Notes under the pieces: generated by a model
The model's input: the letters and a program-made list of their open reading frames with translations, nothing else
Told to the model about the DNA's origin: nothing
The model's database searches: none
Shown here: one piece after another, positions 63,017 through 63,204 of the stretch
Numbering within the stretch: position 1 is the stretch's first letter
Layout of the letters: each line of letters starts with the position of its first letter
Program-made: the position numbers and the translations under genes
Assembly (NCBI GenBank): GCA_965202585.1
Contig: CBDBBG010000051.1
Location: 62,001-125,204 of the forward strand
Direction: 5' to 3'
DNA: 63,204 nt
DNA from: Thalia democratica
Lineage: Eukaryota

Positions 63017-63204
63017 TTTTGATACTAATATTTAAATCATTGAGTATAACAGACTAATTTCACACCACGTTGTATTTATTGATGACAGATAAAGCTTGTA
63101 CATGTTACTCATGAGCGTAAGTAGATTACTTACTTAATTTTAAGCGTCGTTTGTCTTTAAAAAAAGTGTTTGGGCAAAAAATGCTATAATTGTTAGTTAA
63201 TGTA

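Larger units (their letters stand above)
55685..63204. repeat. Tandem unit, copy 3 (partial, first 7,520 bp)
   Basis: Matches 1-7520 at offset +55684 and runs off the window end. Confidence 0.97.

Overview
AT-rich (about 25% GC by spot counts) animal genomic DNA made entirely of a head-to-tail tandem array of a 27,842-bp unit: copies at 1-27842 and 27843-55684, plus a partial third at 55685-63204. The unit boundary used here is arbitrary because no unique flank is in view. Each unit carries: (i) one intact 3-coding-exon minus-strand gene for geranylgeranyltransferase type I beta (PGGT1B-like, 375 aa, GC3 about 90% in exon 3) with an unusual hydrophobic C-terminal extension; (ii) upstream on the same strand, a disabled cyclin K-like exon (frameshift plus TAG) that may now serve as a 5'-UTR exon of that gene; (iii) a tRNA cluster Ile(AAT)-Asp(GTC)-Asn(GTT) in which Ile and Asp are only 7 nt apart; (iv) about 8 kb of decayed, internally paralogous ORF cassettes beginning at a 105-bp fold-back hairpin; (v) several hAT-type MITEs and 109-, 171- and ~155-bp minisatellites. 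By eye the two full copies look identical except one SNP (14091/41933) and a patch of 11 SNPs in 174 bp (18408-18581 vs 46250-46423); further isolated SNPs cannot be excluded. All homology calls come from my recall of known sequences, not from database searches, and the species cannot be determined.
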